Source of the DNA: Epiperipatus broadwayi
Lineage: Eukaryota > Animalia > Onychophora
Direction of reading: 5' to 3'
DNA: 64,000 nt
Assembly (NCBI GenBank): GCA_028023455.1
Contig: JAQFVV010000002.1
Location: 27,962,001 to 28,026,000 of the forward strand
The translations under genes were made by a program, and so were the position numbers. Shown one piece after another: positions 49,709 through 61,433 of the stretch (position 1 is the stretch's first letter; each line of letters starts with the position of its first letter). The notes beneath the pieces were generated by a model. That model did not search any database. It was not told the DNA's origin and saw nothing but the letters and a program-made list of their open reading frames with translations.

Positions 49709-51295
49709 TTATTATTTCTATATTTGTTCAGATGACTGCAGGATACAGACTCCTCTACAATTTCTTAACAAGTGAAAAGTAAGTATATGGAAAATAGGCA
49801 ACAATTTATTAGGCTATTCAACTATTGGTTAATAAGAGTTTTTACAGCTTTCATTATTGCTTCATTTCTAGGTTGAAACAGCTAAATGCCCATTTTCTTA
49901 TCAATTTTACATGGCTAGTTGTATTAAATAACTATCAACTACTTTTAAAATAACTCGTGATTGCATCAATATTTTCTAACTACTTAAAAAGTGTCAAGCT
50001 GTATTCTAGTTATAGATTAATAATACATATAAATTCAGTTATTACTACAAAACTTTCATGAGTAATATGGACAATTTCATATCCTCCTTCTTAGCACAAT
50101 ATGTTGCGATTATATTTGTGAGTTTTTGCAATATTTTTTCTGACAGTAATAAATAAAATTCTATTACAATAATGAGTTTAATGTCTATTTTTATCATCTC
50201 AAAATCTCCACTGCTTAATATGGATGATTGAATAATATGATATTTAGAAAGATGTCACTGTAGTCCATTCTTTTTTTAATAAACATGTCAATGGAAAAAC
50301 CTATTAGAGGGGGAAGCGCTTCCAAATTTTAAATAAAGATAGCAAGACAGTGTTTCCGCTCATCACAAAATTTCTGGACATTAGTCCTGGAGCAATATGT
50401 CAAAATCCAATTGAACTAATGGCCCAGATCTCCTGCATTATATTTTCATCTCTGGTTTACAAGGATAAAATGAAGAATGTTGGACATTTATATCAGTGCG
50501 TTATTGAGGCATGGCAATTATTACTCTTGCCACAATTATATTATTCCTGACCAAATAGAATATGATAATAGTAGTGATTAAATTAAGCAAGTTATCTCTA
50601 TGTAACAGTTTCTTTTATTTTTCCAAAAAAAATAATGCCGAACTTATGGCACACAAAATTAATCATATTTACAAGCCTTATAGTGCATTTCACATTTATT
50701 TTGAATCTGTAAGAGTTTTAATTAATAATCAAATTCAAATTAGCCCTATCTCATTATACATTTAGTATTAGTCTACTCTCTTCTAATAGTCCAGAGATCC
50801 TGAATATCAGACTTCACCGGAACAACTTTCCAATTGTTGTATTTATGTTCTGCAAATACAATTTGTTTGTATTCAAAGTGTAAATATACAAATAATCATA
50901 AATATGTAGAATATTTAAACAATTGATATGATATTAAACACACCTATACAGAATAAAGATAAATTAGTGTCGTATTGATACTTTAAACACTATATATATA
51001 TATGTATAAATGTTTATGATTATATTCACACTTTAGAGGCAAATATATTTATAATATATAGATTGTTATTCTAGTATAGAAATCGGACATTCTAGACCTT
51101 TGCTTCATCTAGTGAGAATACATTGATACTTGAAATACATGAATAAGAATTGGTTCGATTTTTGTACCAAGTGATAATATTCTTAAATATAGATTGCGAA
51201 TTAGCTAAATGAATTTTTTACTTTGAGGAAAAATATATATACTAGTCCATTTGTGTTTGTAGCACAATTATCCTCAAAGCTGTTAAATTGTTGAT

Positions 51296-51435
51296 AAAAA
51301 ATAAATACGAATAAACCTGCTAAGCAGGTCTAGCCTTCATAATCATAGCTTATCATGACATCATTAACAGTTAAGCTATGATTATGAAGGTTAGACCCTT
51401 CGAAAGCGCTTAGCAGATTTATTCGTATTTATTTT
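51296..51435. repeat. Fold-back with a hammerhead remnant in the right arm
   Basis: Arms ~51296-51352 and 51372-51435; ATGATTA-t-gaagg(ttagac)ccttc-GAAA-gcgc at 51377-51409. Confidence 0.75.
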
Positions 51436-51663
51436 TTGTCAATAATTTAACAGCTTTGAGGATAATTGCGCTACACACACACAAACGGACTAGTATATTA
51501 AATATAGATTCAAAATAAATGAGAAGAATGCTATAAGAGTTAAAAATGCTAGTGCTAAAAGAATTAATTATTACACACATATATATAAATGTATGCATAC
51601 ATGTAATTATTTTACATTTAAGAAGATAAAATCTCATTTTAAAACAAAACAAAAAAATCAAAC

Positions 51664-51776
51664 CTGTAAATTTGCCATGTTGTTAACGGAACGTTGAGCA
51701 GAAATAGAAACCAATGAAATGTGAATAGTAAAAATACTGTGAGAATGCCATGTAAAATAATTTCTGGTAAGACCCA
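51664..51776 (-). CDS. CNIH4: Cornichon homolog 4, coding exon 3 (113 nt; WVLPEIILHGILTVFLLFTFHWFLFLLNVPLTTWQIY-R)
   Basis: Minus strand tatatttttacAG|tgggtctta...atttacag|GTttga. The translation matches the CNIH4 segment recalled as WVIPELIGH...HWFIFLLNLP..WNIYR. It ends in phase 2, compatible with the next exon. Confidence 0.95.
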
Positions 51777-52919
51777 CTGTAAAAATATATATATTCAACA
51801 TAATTAAATGACATTTATATATTAAATAATTATTAACCACATATGATTCAAAAGTATTACAGAGATACTAGAAATAAAACAAATTTGTTTAGATGTTACA
51901 TAATTGCTAAACTCTGAAAAATTAACAACCATACTCAAGGACATAGGACAAATTCATTCCATTTCAGGAAAACCATATCATCTGGCATACTCCATTAACA
52001 ACATAACCCACAATTCAAAGTACAATGTAATTTAGTTATATAAGTCAGATGGCAATAATCTTACACAGAAGTTTGAAAGATGACATAAACACAAACATTA
52101 AATGTGTATCTATTTATAGCAACCATCCTACCACACACACACACACACACAAATATATATTTCTGTATAGGCAGCAATTTTAATTAGGCCTATTTCATTT
52201 GTAAACCTATCCTATATAACATAGAAAAATATGCTTGTTTATTACTATTTCTTAATGCAGAAATGGAATGACAAACTCTAAAGTTCAATTCTATTACGTC
52301 TGATACTCAAGCTTCATATATCTTCCAAGCAATACATTTATTTTTTTATACTTGTTTAAGTGTCTATTGTTTTATTTTTATATGCTTTTATATTAACTTA
52401 ACCTGTCTGTATTTCTGTCAGGATATCCAATTTTTTGAATTTTTAACAAGTAAAAAAAATCTAGTCCCATTTAGAATCAAACTTACAATCTTACTTTTCC
52501 CAAGAAAACTCTTTAACAACTAAGCCCACAGTAACTTTACATTTATAGAGTAAAATTTAGCTAATACAGTATTAATTTGCTTAATTAATTAAAAGTAATT
52601 ATTTCAAACTAATATTTAAATTATTCTTTTGAAATAATTAATATTTCATAAATATTTTGTAAAAAAAAAAAAGTATAAAAAAAAGATTAGAGAAATGTTT
52701 TTTTTTGTTTAATTTCCAAAATTAAAACAACTACAACTGTCAAAATCATTGACAGCAAGCACACTCTTGTGGAAAGAACAAGAAACATAATAAAAACAGG
52801 ACTCATTAAAAAAAAAAATTTGATTTAAATTGAAATTATGTTTTATTTATAACTAAAAGCTAAAAAATAAAATCATATTTTTTTTTTTTAAATAATGCCT
52901 TTATGTAAATAGCTCACAG

Positions 52920-53011
52920 GTAATAATCCATTTCATAAAAGCATTTGGGGCTCAAATAAATCGTACAAATCAAAAAAGCCTCAAATGTTTTTTTATGAAA
53001 TAGATTATTAC
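52920..53011. repeat. Short fold-back (~33-bp arms)
   Basis: gtaataatccatttcataaaagcatttgggg / cctcaaatgttttttatgaaatagattattac. Confidence 0.75.
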
Positions 53012-53069
53012 TTTATTTTTTTACATTTTAAAAGGCTATTTATGTAAAAGCAGAAAAGATAATTAATCA

Positions 53070-53375
53070 CCAATATTCATTATTTCGTGCTAAACCAGCA
53101 CTCATCCGTTGGTCCAGACTTTTATTTAAATTTAAATGAAAGCCAAGAAAATTCTAGAAAAATTTTAAATTTAGAAAAAAATAGGTCATTAGATTTTGAT
53201 TATAAAAAAAAAAACAATGAATGAAATTATAAAATTAATGTATTCAGAAAAAACCTCCAGAATGTCTACTAATCTTATTACACGAAAAGATAAAACAAAA
53301 ATTAAAAATTTATAAAAGTCATTTATTAGACTAGAGATTATCCACTTAATATTTCTGTAGTATAATTTTAAAAAA
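53070..53375 (-). mobile_element. Family D partial copy with degenerate hammerhead (CGGATGA)
   Basis: HHR remnant at 53070-53112; ttagactagagattatccactta block at ~53326 is shared with 48215. Confidence 0.6.
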
Positions 53376-53402
53376 CTCTTACTAAAAATACTAGAAAGAT
53401 TT

Positions 53403-53650
53403 TAATATTTACTAAGGCTGTAACCTCAAGAATGTGCGCATAAAAATGTGATAGTAGAGACCTCTACAGGTCTTAATCACAAGCTTACAAACCTTAACCA
53501 CAAGCTTACGCTTTTCGTAAGCTCGTGGTTAAGACCTGTAGAGATCCCTTCTATCACATTTTTACGCACACATTCTTGAGGTTACAGTCTTAGTAAATAT
53601 TACTTATGTAATCAATGTGTGTTTAAATAAATTTATAATTACAACTATAA
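53403..53650. mobile_element. Family A fold-back with one-sided extension
   Basis: Arms ~53403-53510 and ~53517-53602. The right arm continues into the reverse complement of 1891-1935. Confidence 0.8.
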
Positions 53651-54949
53651 AGATTTTAATGCAGTTGAAATAAACTTAGAAAAATTAATTTTTTTTTTTA
53701 ACAGTGACTATTCAGAAAATGAGTAAACAATTATAATAAATCTAAGCAGTCCATAAATAAAACAACATTGAAGAATATCAATATATTGCAAATAAATTTA
53801 ACTCTACTATTCCAGCAATAATTTTTAAACGACAGTCATATTATTATTATGACTAACATAAACATATACCTATAATGAAATTTCTCACAAATAAATTTTA
53901 TCAGTTTCTCTCAGAGAGAAAATTATGGAGAATGGTATATTACCCTGAATAAATTATTTAATACTGGAATAGACAAACTAACTAACTTGACAGGAAAATA
54001 TAAAAAAAAAATGTCATGGAATTTTTGAGGACAAGAAATTTCAAAATATTTTAAGCAAATATGAAAATATTTCAAAATTTAAATATCCGTTAGATGAAAG
54101 GGCTATAGTGACAGTTTTAACCAATACTGCAGTTTTCAACATCAAACTGAATCATTCAACCATGTGATATATTGATCCTGCTTCCCACAAACACTTTCTA
54201 TTAATAACCACATCTGGTGACATACTCCCTACTGCAAATTCAGAGAACACATCAAATTTTTCTATCAATTGTGGCCTAAAAAGTTTATAACATATCAATA
54301 TGGCAGGACAACAATGAGCAACAGAAAATGATACAGACAATCAAATACTAAGTTCCCAAACTCATATATGCAATATCCACTCATAGTAAGGTTGTCTCAA
54401 TTATATACTAAACAGGAAAATCAAATTGAAAACAGAATCCTTACCCACTGTAGTAATAAATTTTCAGGCTAATCAGAGATGGATTTTAATACAAACAAAC
54501 AAAAGAACAATAACATCTCAGAAAACAGGTTCCAAACTGTAATTAAATAGACAAGAAGCCAAAAACAAGAAAGACAAATTATCACAAACCTGTTAAGATA
54601 TAGAACAAAAACCAAAATCAAATAAAAAAATCTATTCAAATTTTTTTAAAAAAAAAAACATCAACAGATGTATCTCTGCCCACAGATTTAAAAAAAAAAA
54701 AAAAAAAAATGATTTTTTACCTGCCGATTACATATTAGGTAATTCAACCTCAAAATATTGAACTAAAAAAAATCTCGACCATTATACTTCATATTTACAA
54801 CAGCATTTTATCATGAGTAAATATTTGCAGAAGGAAAGATATCAGTATTGAAGAAAATAATATAAATCTAGAAAAAATTTAATGCAAATGAAATATAAAT
54901 CGGAAGAATTTTCTATAAAATGAAAGAAACTTAATATGAAATGTATCAT

Positions 54950-55700
54950 ACTTAAAGAAATGGATGATGTTTACAAAAATATATATGATATATCCTTGGA
55001 CTCGATAGAAACTGACCTATCTCTTCTATAATGAAAATTATTAGGTATTTAAAAATACCATCCAAAAAAACAAATTTAAAGATTTCAGGTAGGTCTAGCA
55101 GATTACAGTGGTGTCTAATTATATTTGCGCATAATTTATAATTAACATGTAATTATGTGTTTGCACCTACCAATTAAGCAGACTTATTACACATAAACAT
55201 CCTTTTCTTACTATTGGAAAATTAAAGTAGCAAAATACTATTACGACATAACATACGCCTAAACAGTATGGAAATTAATGTGAGAGGAACAATTCAGACC
55301 AGTAGCTCTTTGCCATTAATAATTGGTAATTCTTTCCACATATCGTACTATTTATTGAAACTAAACATTTAAGCAATTCTACAATTAATCCAAAAAGATT
55401 ACTTGGAAAATTTGGTGCCAAAGAGAAGAAGAAACACAACATCATTTTCTAAATGACTGTCTGGGATTGGAAAAGGTAAGACAAATAATGATAAATAACT
55501 ACCGTCAGAAAGACACAACATTGGCAAAAATTCTCCAGGTATACAAAAAAAAATGCAATCCCAACAATAAGAGTAGCAACATTTGGCTTGTATGCATATT
55601 GGTACACCAGATGTAAATTCAATTTCGACTACAATGCAAAACAAAACCTCAACACATTCCACCACAAGCTAGAAAAAATGGTAGTTGGGGAATATCTGTC
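54950..55700 (+). mobile_element. Old L1-like LINE C-terminal remnant
   Basis: EEETQHHFLNDC and LYAYWYTRCKFNF resemble the zinc-finger and W..RC..F motifs of the 61434-64000 element. Heavily disrupted. Confidence 0.45.
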
Positions 55701-56400
55701 CTGCCACTGCTAGAGACATCATTTAAACTAAAATCAGCACTATAGTTGAAAAACAGGAAAAGAGATACAGAATAACACAGCTAAAAAAAAAAAAAAAGAA
55801 CACAATATACCAAAACTGGCAGGATACACATGACGGGGTTCATCAACATAATGTATATTAAAAAAAAAACTTAGACAAGCTGAATTCAGGCAACTTTCGA
55901 TACCTTAAGAGTAGCAAAAACACAACATAAAGAACTCAAGAGAAAGCTTTTTCTTTCCTATATATCTGTAAACAATCTTATACTCAGCAGAACTGTTTAG
56001 ACACAGAAACAGACTTATGCTAACTGTGTAAGCCCAATCTCACCGATGTAATCATTGTTTTTTTTAATCAATAGAGTATGCTTTGAAACACAAAGTTATC
56101 TCAATATAGCACTTCTGTGGCAGGAGTTGTGGTCTAGTACATAGTAATCTCCTCTTTCAATCATTTAATACTTCTATATTTGTGTGAAAACATGGCATAC
56201 TCGGTTACATTCTACCACAGTGCCTTTACAATTAATATTATCAATCTATCTTTACAATAAACCTGCATTAATTTACCAATTAAATAAATCTAGTATAATA
56301 TAGAATACTATCAATACCCAATCATCCTTTTGGGAATTTCAATATGGGATGTGTGAAGTTTGTTTATTAATACGTACACATCATCAATAGAAGAAAACAC

Positions 56401-56660
56401 GTGATCATCCTTTCTTATGTTTGCTCATAACTGACAAACCTCTTCATACAGTAGCGCCTATCAGTGCAAGTCAGAGTAAACAATGGATGCAGAGCTCTCA
56501 GATTCAAGGCTGCTCACTGATGGGAGCCACAAGCTAGAAACTAGTCTGGGGATATTGGATGAGTAGGCATTAGATAGGGATTTTATGCATAGCCTTCTGG
56601 CATCCATTGATTACTCTGGCTTGCACCGAGTGGCACTACTGTATGGAGAGTTTTGACTGT
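56401..56660 (+). mobile_element. Family B fold-back, HHR at 56512-56552 (CTGATGG)
   Basis: Inverted terminus at ~56435-56491, then sense HHR and terminus. Confidence 0.85.
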
Positions 56661-57369
56661 TTCTATAGAAGATATATAAGCACTGTGAAGACTTTTATTC
56701 CAAACAACTCTTTCTACACCAAAAAATTGGCTACACTCACCTTACTTCCACTTTATATTAATCCATCCCATTCTTGTCACTTTCTCTAATCACTTCGCAC
56801 CTAACGTTGAACTGAAAATTAATTTTAAACAATTACCAGGACTTAAATAAACAGCATAATGTGGATGCTTCTGAAAGCCTCACCCCATGAACCATTATCT
56901 TCTAAATATATGATTTTATTTTTTAAAAATAAACGTATTCTCTTTAAATCCTATTGAAGCATAGGTTGTTTTGCGAATATCGGCACATATATGATAAAGT
57001 TTTACAAAAAAATAAGACTCCCCATTACTAATTAAAGATCTATTTGCCCTACCTTGAAAATTAAAAAAATATTTCCTGTGAGCCATCCTCCATTTTGTCA
57101 ATAATGTTTTAAAACAGGAATGCAAAAAATTTTCAATACGGACTGGCAGAATACCTTTCCATTAAAAAAACAAAAAAAATTTTCAAGCTCAACCCCATGA
57201 AGGTTTAAGGGCTGTATCACTTGGGTGGCAATATAGCAGTAGTAGTAGTAGTAGTGTAATAAAATATATATAAATAAAACTTGCATTAAAAAATAAACTA
57301 TATGGAAAATGATACGTGATAATCATTATATGCATAAATATTATATATTTATTTTAGGTTGATTTAATT

Positions 57370-57889
57370 AATCACATGATCACTATCTTCCATGCTTGCT
57401 CATAATCGTTGTTAAAATAGGCAAAACTCTCTCCATACAGTAGTGCCACTCTAAGCGAGACAGAGTAATCAATGGATGCCAGAAGGCTTGTTTTAAGGTT
57501 TAATACCAATCCTGCCTTATAGGAGGGTGATGGCTATGGTTGTAAAAGAGCCAAAGACACCAAAATGTATGGGTGCTGAACTGAGTTCAGACCCATATGA
57601 CTATATAAGCTACTGAGCTTAGACACAATTTTCAATTTTATTCTCATAGTTTTGTCGTTATGTAGAGATAAAAGGTGGCTGCTGGAGGGTTGCATTAGAT
57701 CCTGAGATCTAGATGCAGTGCTCTCAGATCCAAGACTCCTCAATGACGAAGGCCACAAGCCCGAAACTAGTTTGGGGATATGGATGAGAAGGCACTAGAT
57801 AGGGATTTTATGCACAAGCCTTCTGGCATCCATTGATTATTCTGCCTTGCTTAGAGTGGCACTACTGTATGGAGAGAGTTTTGCCTATT
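57370..57889 (+). mobile_element. Family B fold-back with ~75-bp near-perfect arms, HHR at 57737-57778
   Basis: 57417-57491 is inverted at 57814-57889. The left arm is extended by the tail segment (57370-57416). Confidence 0.9.
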
Positions 57890-58223
57890 GATTTAATTAA
57901 AATAAATTAAGAAAAATAATGAAAGATTTACTACTTCACAATTCATAATAAGTTGAACACCGGAAAGAATTGAAGTTGCGATTCATGGACCGTAACCAAT
58001 CAATATCTAGGACTAGCAACTATTCAATAATAGTCACTATATAACTATCCAGAGGGAAAAGGAATGATAGAAAGAATTCGTTCTCACTATCCAGAAATTA
58101 ATAGTTAGGCTGAATAGTGGTTTCTTCTACACAGATAGCCAGTGGAAATGTCTTTATTCTGCAGCGACTATTTAAGGTGGATCTAGTCTTTACGTTTCAT
58201 TAATAATATTTAAACAGTATGAA

Positions 58224-58850
58224 ATGTGATGCACTGTAACTTCTCCTTATATAGAGTCAGGAATCTCTCAGCAACTAGGTCCAGAAAAACATGTTAGTCA
58301 CTTTGTCTTCCCTTTCCATTTCCCATATCCTGCTCCATCCCACTGTAACTTCTCCTTATATAGAGTCAGGAATCTCTCAGCAACTAGGTCCAGAAAAATA
58401 TGTTAGTCACTTTGTCTTCCCTTTCCATTCCCCATATCCTGCTCCATCCCATTTCCACAACATACTCTTTGTCAACTCCATGGCCTTCATACCTAAATTC
58501 CCCTTATTTTTTCCCAAACTCAGCAAAAAACCAATAACCCACTTTCTGTATAATCACTTTGTTCATATTTATTCTTCCACAACTTTATTATTTGTATCCT
58601 TTCTCCTTTCAGGCATTTACATTCAATTTACAGATGCCTAATATTTTCTATGCATTCCTTACACAACTTGCAGACTAAATCACCCATATTTTTCCATTTA
58701 CGTGTATATTTCCTTGTTGCTAAAGATCCCATTTGAGTCTTAAATATTAAACTACTTTCATTGCTATTATCATAAATTAACTCGCACCCAATGTTCCATT
58801 TACTTCTATATATATTTAAACTCTTTTTACTCTCCACACTAGTTCTCCAT
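58224..58850 (-). mobile_element. Second copy of the 34780-35771 LINE, 3' end duplicated (109 bp)
   Basis: GSLATRKYTRKWKNMGDLVCKLCKECIENIRHL; 58232-58340 is repeated at 58341-58450. Confidence 0.8.
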
Positions 58851-60247
58851 CTCTCCATACAGTAGTGCCACCCAGTGCAAACCTTAGTAATCAATCACTG
58901 AATGTAAGACTGTTTGTAACATTTTATTATTAATATTAATATATCTATTTTGTACATGTTGTTATGTTTTATGGATCTTTAAAATAGTAAAAAAAAAAAA
59001 CAACAACATAATATTAACAATAACAAAACCCTTAATCGCAAAGACCTATTTTCATATTGGAGGAGAGAGAGAGAATTGAGAAAAAAAAATGAAATGTCAA
59101 TAGTTAATAAATTTTGGTTATATATTACAAATTTCTTGAGTTCCCGCATTTTGTGAAGTAATGTTAACCAGCTTTTTAAACACGCACTATGTATAACTAT
59201 ATGTATAGAAGACACCTTGATTATCAAATTTCCTTGATAATAATCACAGAGAAAAAGCACACAAAGACGTCTGATTATTGCATGCAAATTTTCTTCAAAT
59301 TACTCTGGTTACTATTTTCAACATGGGTGTTAAGATGACAGAAAATTTATGGTATAGATGTAAACTAGTTAATAACTAAATTTATTCACAGACAATCCTG
59401 AATTTGAATCAGAGTAGGCTTTCCTCTGATATTTTCTTTCCCAAAGTGGAAGGAGGTATGAGGCATTGCAGACACTATTCATCACTTCTTATGTGGTCAG
59501 CCCTGGATGCATTTCTCGTCTCCCATTCAGATGTGCCTGGGCTTCAGCGCTTCTGAAGCCCTTCGAACAAAGCAATCTAATGTTCAGCTCTGCATATCTT
59601 TTTAAATTTTCCACAATAAAATGTTTGAAATGAGTTGGTAACACCAGTCCAAAAAAAAACAATAATAATGTCCTGTTTCAGCTTCTCTCTGGTATTTATT
59701 CATTTTTGTTTTACTGACATCACTGGTCCCTTAATAACACTAGCCTCTTGATGGTAATATGTGGCAGAAGGTATCCACTATCCACTTGGATGGTTTGAAA
59801 TATTTTTGTCTAGAAATTGTCAACTTAAGATTAATTAGTAGCGGAGTTCAAACTAGTTTGGTGGTCAAAAACGATCATTAGCAACTCTTTGATTTTTTTC
59901 TTTCTCTCTCCTTTTTCTTTCTAGGATATTAACATACAAAAAAAATAAATAAATAGAAAAAACATAAATTAAAAAAAAAACTATGTTACATAGAATTAAA
60001 AACTTGAAATATTAATTAATATAGGCCCACACATACAATTAGAAGTTGATTCTTAATATATAGCTAAAATTAGCAGAAATCTTTCACTTCATCCCCAGTT
60101 TATTTTTAATTCCGTATGCTATCTATCAGTGATTTTCAATCAAATATATATATAGCTGAATAAAACAAACACGCACACAAAAAAAATTCTCTCCACTACT
60201 TTTTTACTGGAATAATTGGGTCTTATCCTACAATATATATATATATA

Positions 60248-60582
60248 TAACCATTAGAAACCAGTCAACACTTAGACAATCCCAATATAGATAGCAATCA
60301 AGAATTTCAAACTGTTGGTAAGATAACCTCCTTTTACCAATAGACACTAAAGATTGCAACTTGACAACAGAGTTTAAATAAAACTCCTTAAATAACCTGT
60401 TCTGAATGCAGACTAATAAATAGTCAATTATAACTTTACAAATTACAATTATAAATTTTCAAATTGCATCCAAAGTATTACTTACAGTATTGCTTAAAGG
60501 AAGTTGCCTTGACAACAGTTTGAAATTCTTGATTGTTATCTATATTGTGATTGGCTAAGTGTTGATTGATTTCTAATGGTTA
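60248..60582. repeat. Fold-back with ~85-bp diverged arms
   Basis: taaccattagaaaccagtcaacacttag... is inverted at ...ctaagtgttgattgatttctaatggtta. Confidence 0.85.
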
Positions 60583-60699
60583 CTTATAAACCCATTTAGC
60601 CTTAAGCATTATTACACTTATATATATTATACAACTGATACACATGGTCACACATATGTAGAAAAGATAAATAATCACCAATATACATATTTCATATTC

Positions 60700-60960
60700 C
60701 TGCATATCTGCATAATACTCCATTGATGATAAAATGTTTTAGATACTTCTGGATATATCGTGTAAAGATTGCATTAATGTTTTCATGCTCCCAAAGATAT
60801 GAAAAAGTGGTTCATATTAGTACAGTTACTGGGAATATCATAAGATCTGTTTCGCAAAAAAACTAGGGAATGATTAGAAGAGATTGATAGTAATACACCA
60901 CCATACATTAACTTTGAATGAATTTTCTAAAACTCGCATTCTGCAATTCTGAATAACATC
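60700..60960 (-). mobile_element. Tc1/mariner-superfamily transposase remnant
   Basis: FKVNVWWCIT..FP.FF resembles the F.VNVW.GI..GP.FF motif; disrupted. Confidence 0.4.
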
Positions 60961-61433
60961 TTTGCAAAAATAAAAATAAGAATATCTCCCAATAAAAAAA
61001 TCCTATAATCTACTATCAATTTGAAGACTAAATGCATCTCAAAAACTGATGTTATAGCACATAATAAGATAGAGAGTTATGGGAAGATAATAAATTTCTG
61101 AACTAATTTTTAATTCCATAATTTTTTTTTATGAAGCTGTTTTTTTTTCCAAAGGCAAACCAAATTGGAAAATATCTGACTAATAGCTCTTTGTACACTG
61201 TTTATGCTCCAACCATTCATTACTAATAGCACTCACAAAAATGTGTGGTCTATTTTATTTTACCTCCAGAAAAATAGAAAGGAAAATATGAGTTAAAAAA
61301 AGCCCAACAAAAAACAAAGTTCAATAAGATAAATTTGATGATGACTAGAAATTGTTAAATGAAATATAAATATATCTACATATATTAAGCACTGATCTTT
61401 TAATCCATTTATATGCCATCTTGCAGTGCAGTC

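Noticed and set aside
49732-49778. Plus-strand exon-like segment (MTAGYRLLYNFLTSE) with good AG/GT sites
   Set aside because: Isolated, antisense within the CNIH4 intron, next to an RTE tail, and it starts with gatgactgcagga, like the family E HHR remnant. No partner exons.
1466-59287. Most short ORFs in the supplied track as host genes
   Set aside because: They are low-complexity AT-rich frames or off-frame/antisense readings of repeats (SINE, RTE, family A/B). Only the PLE, LINE and L1 ORFs have recognisable motifs.
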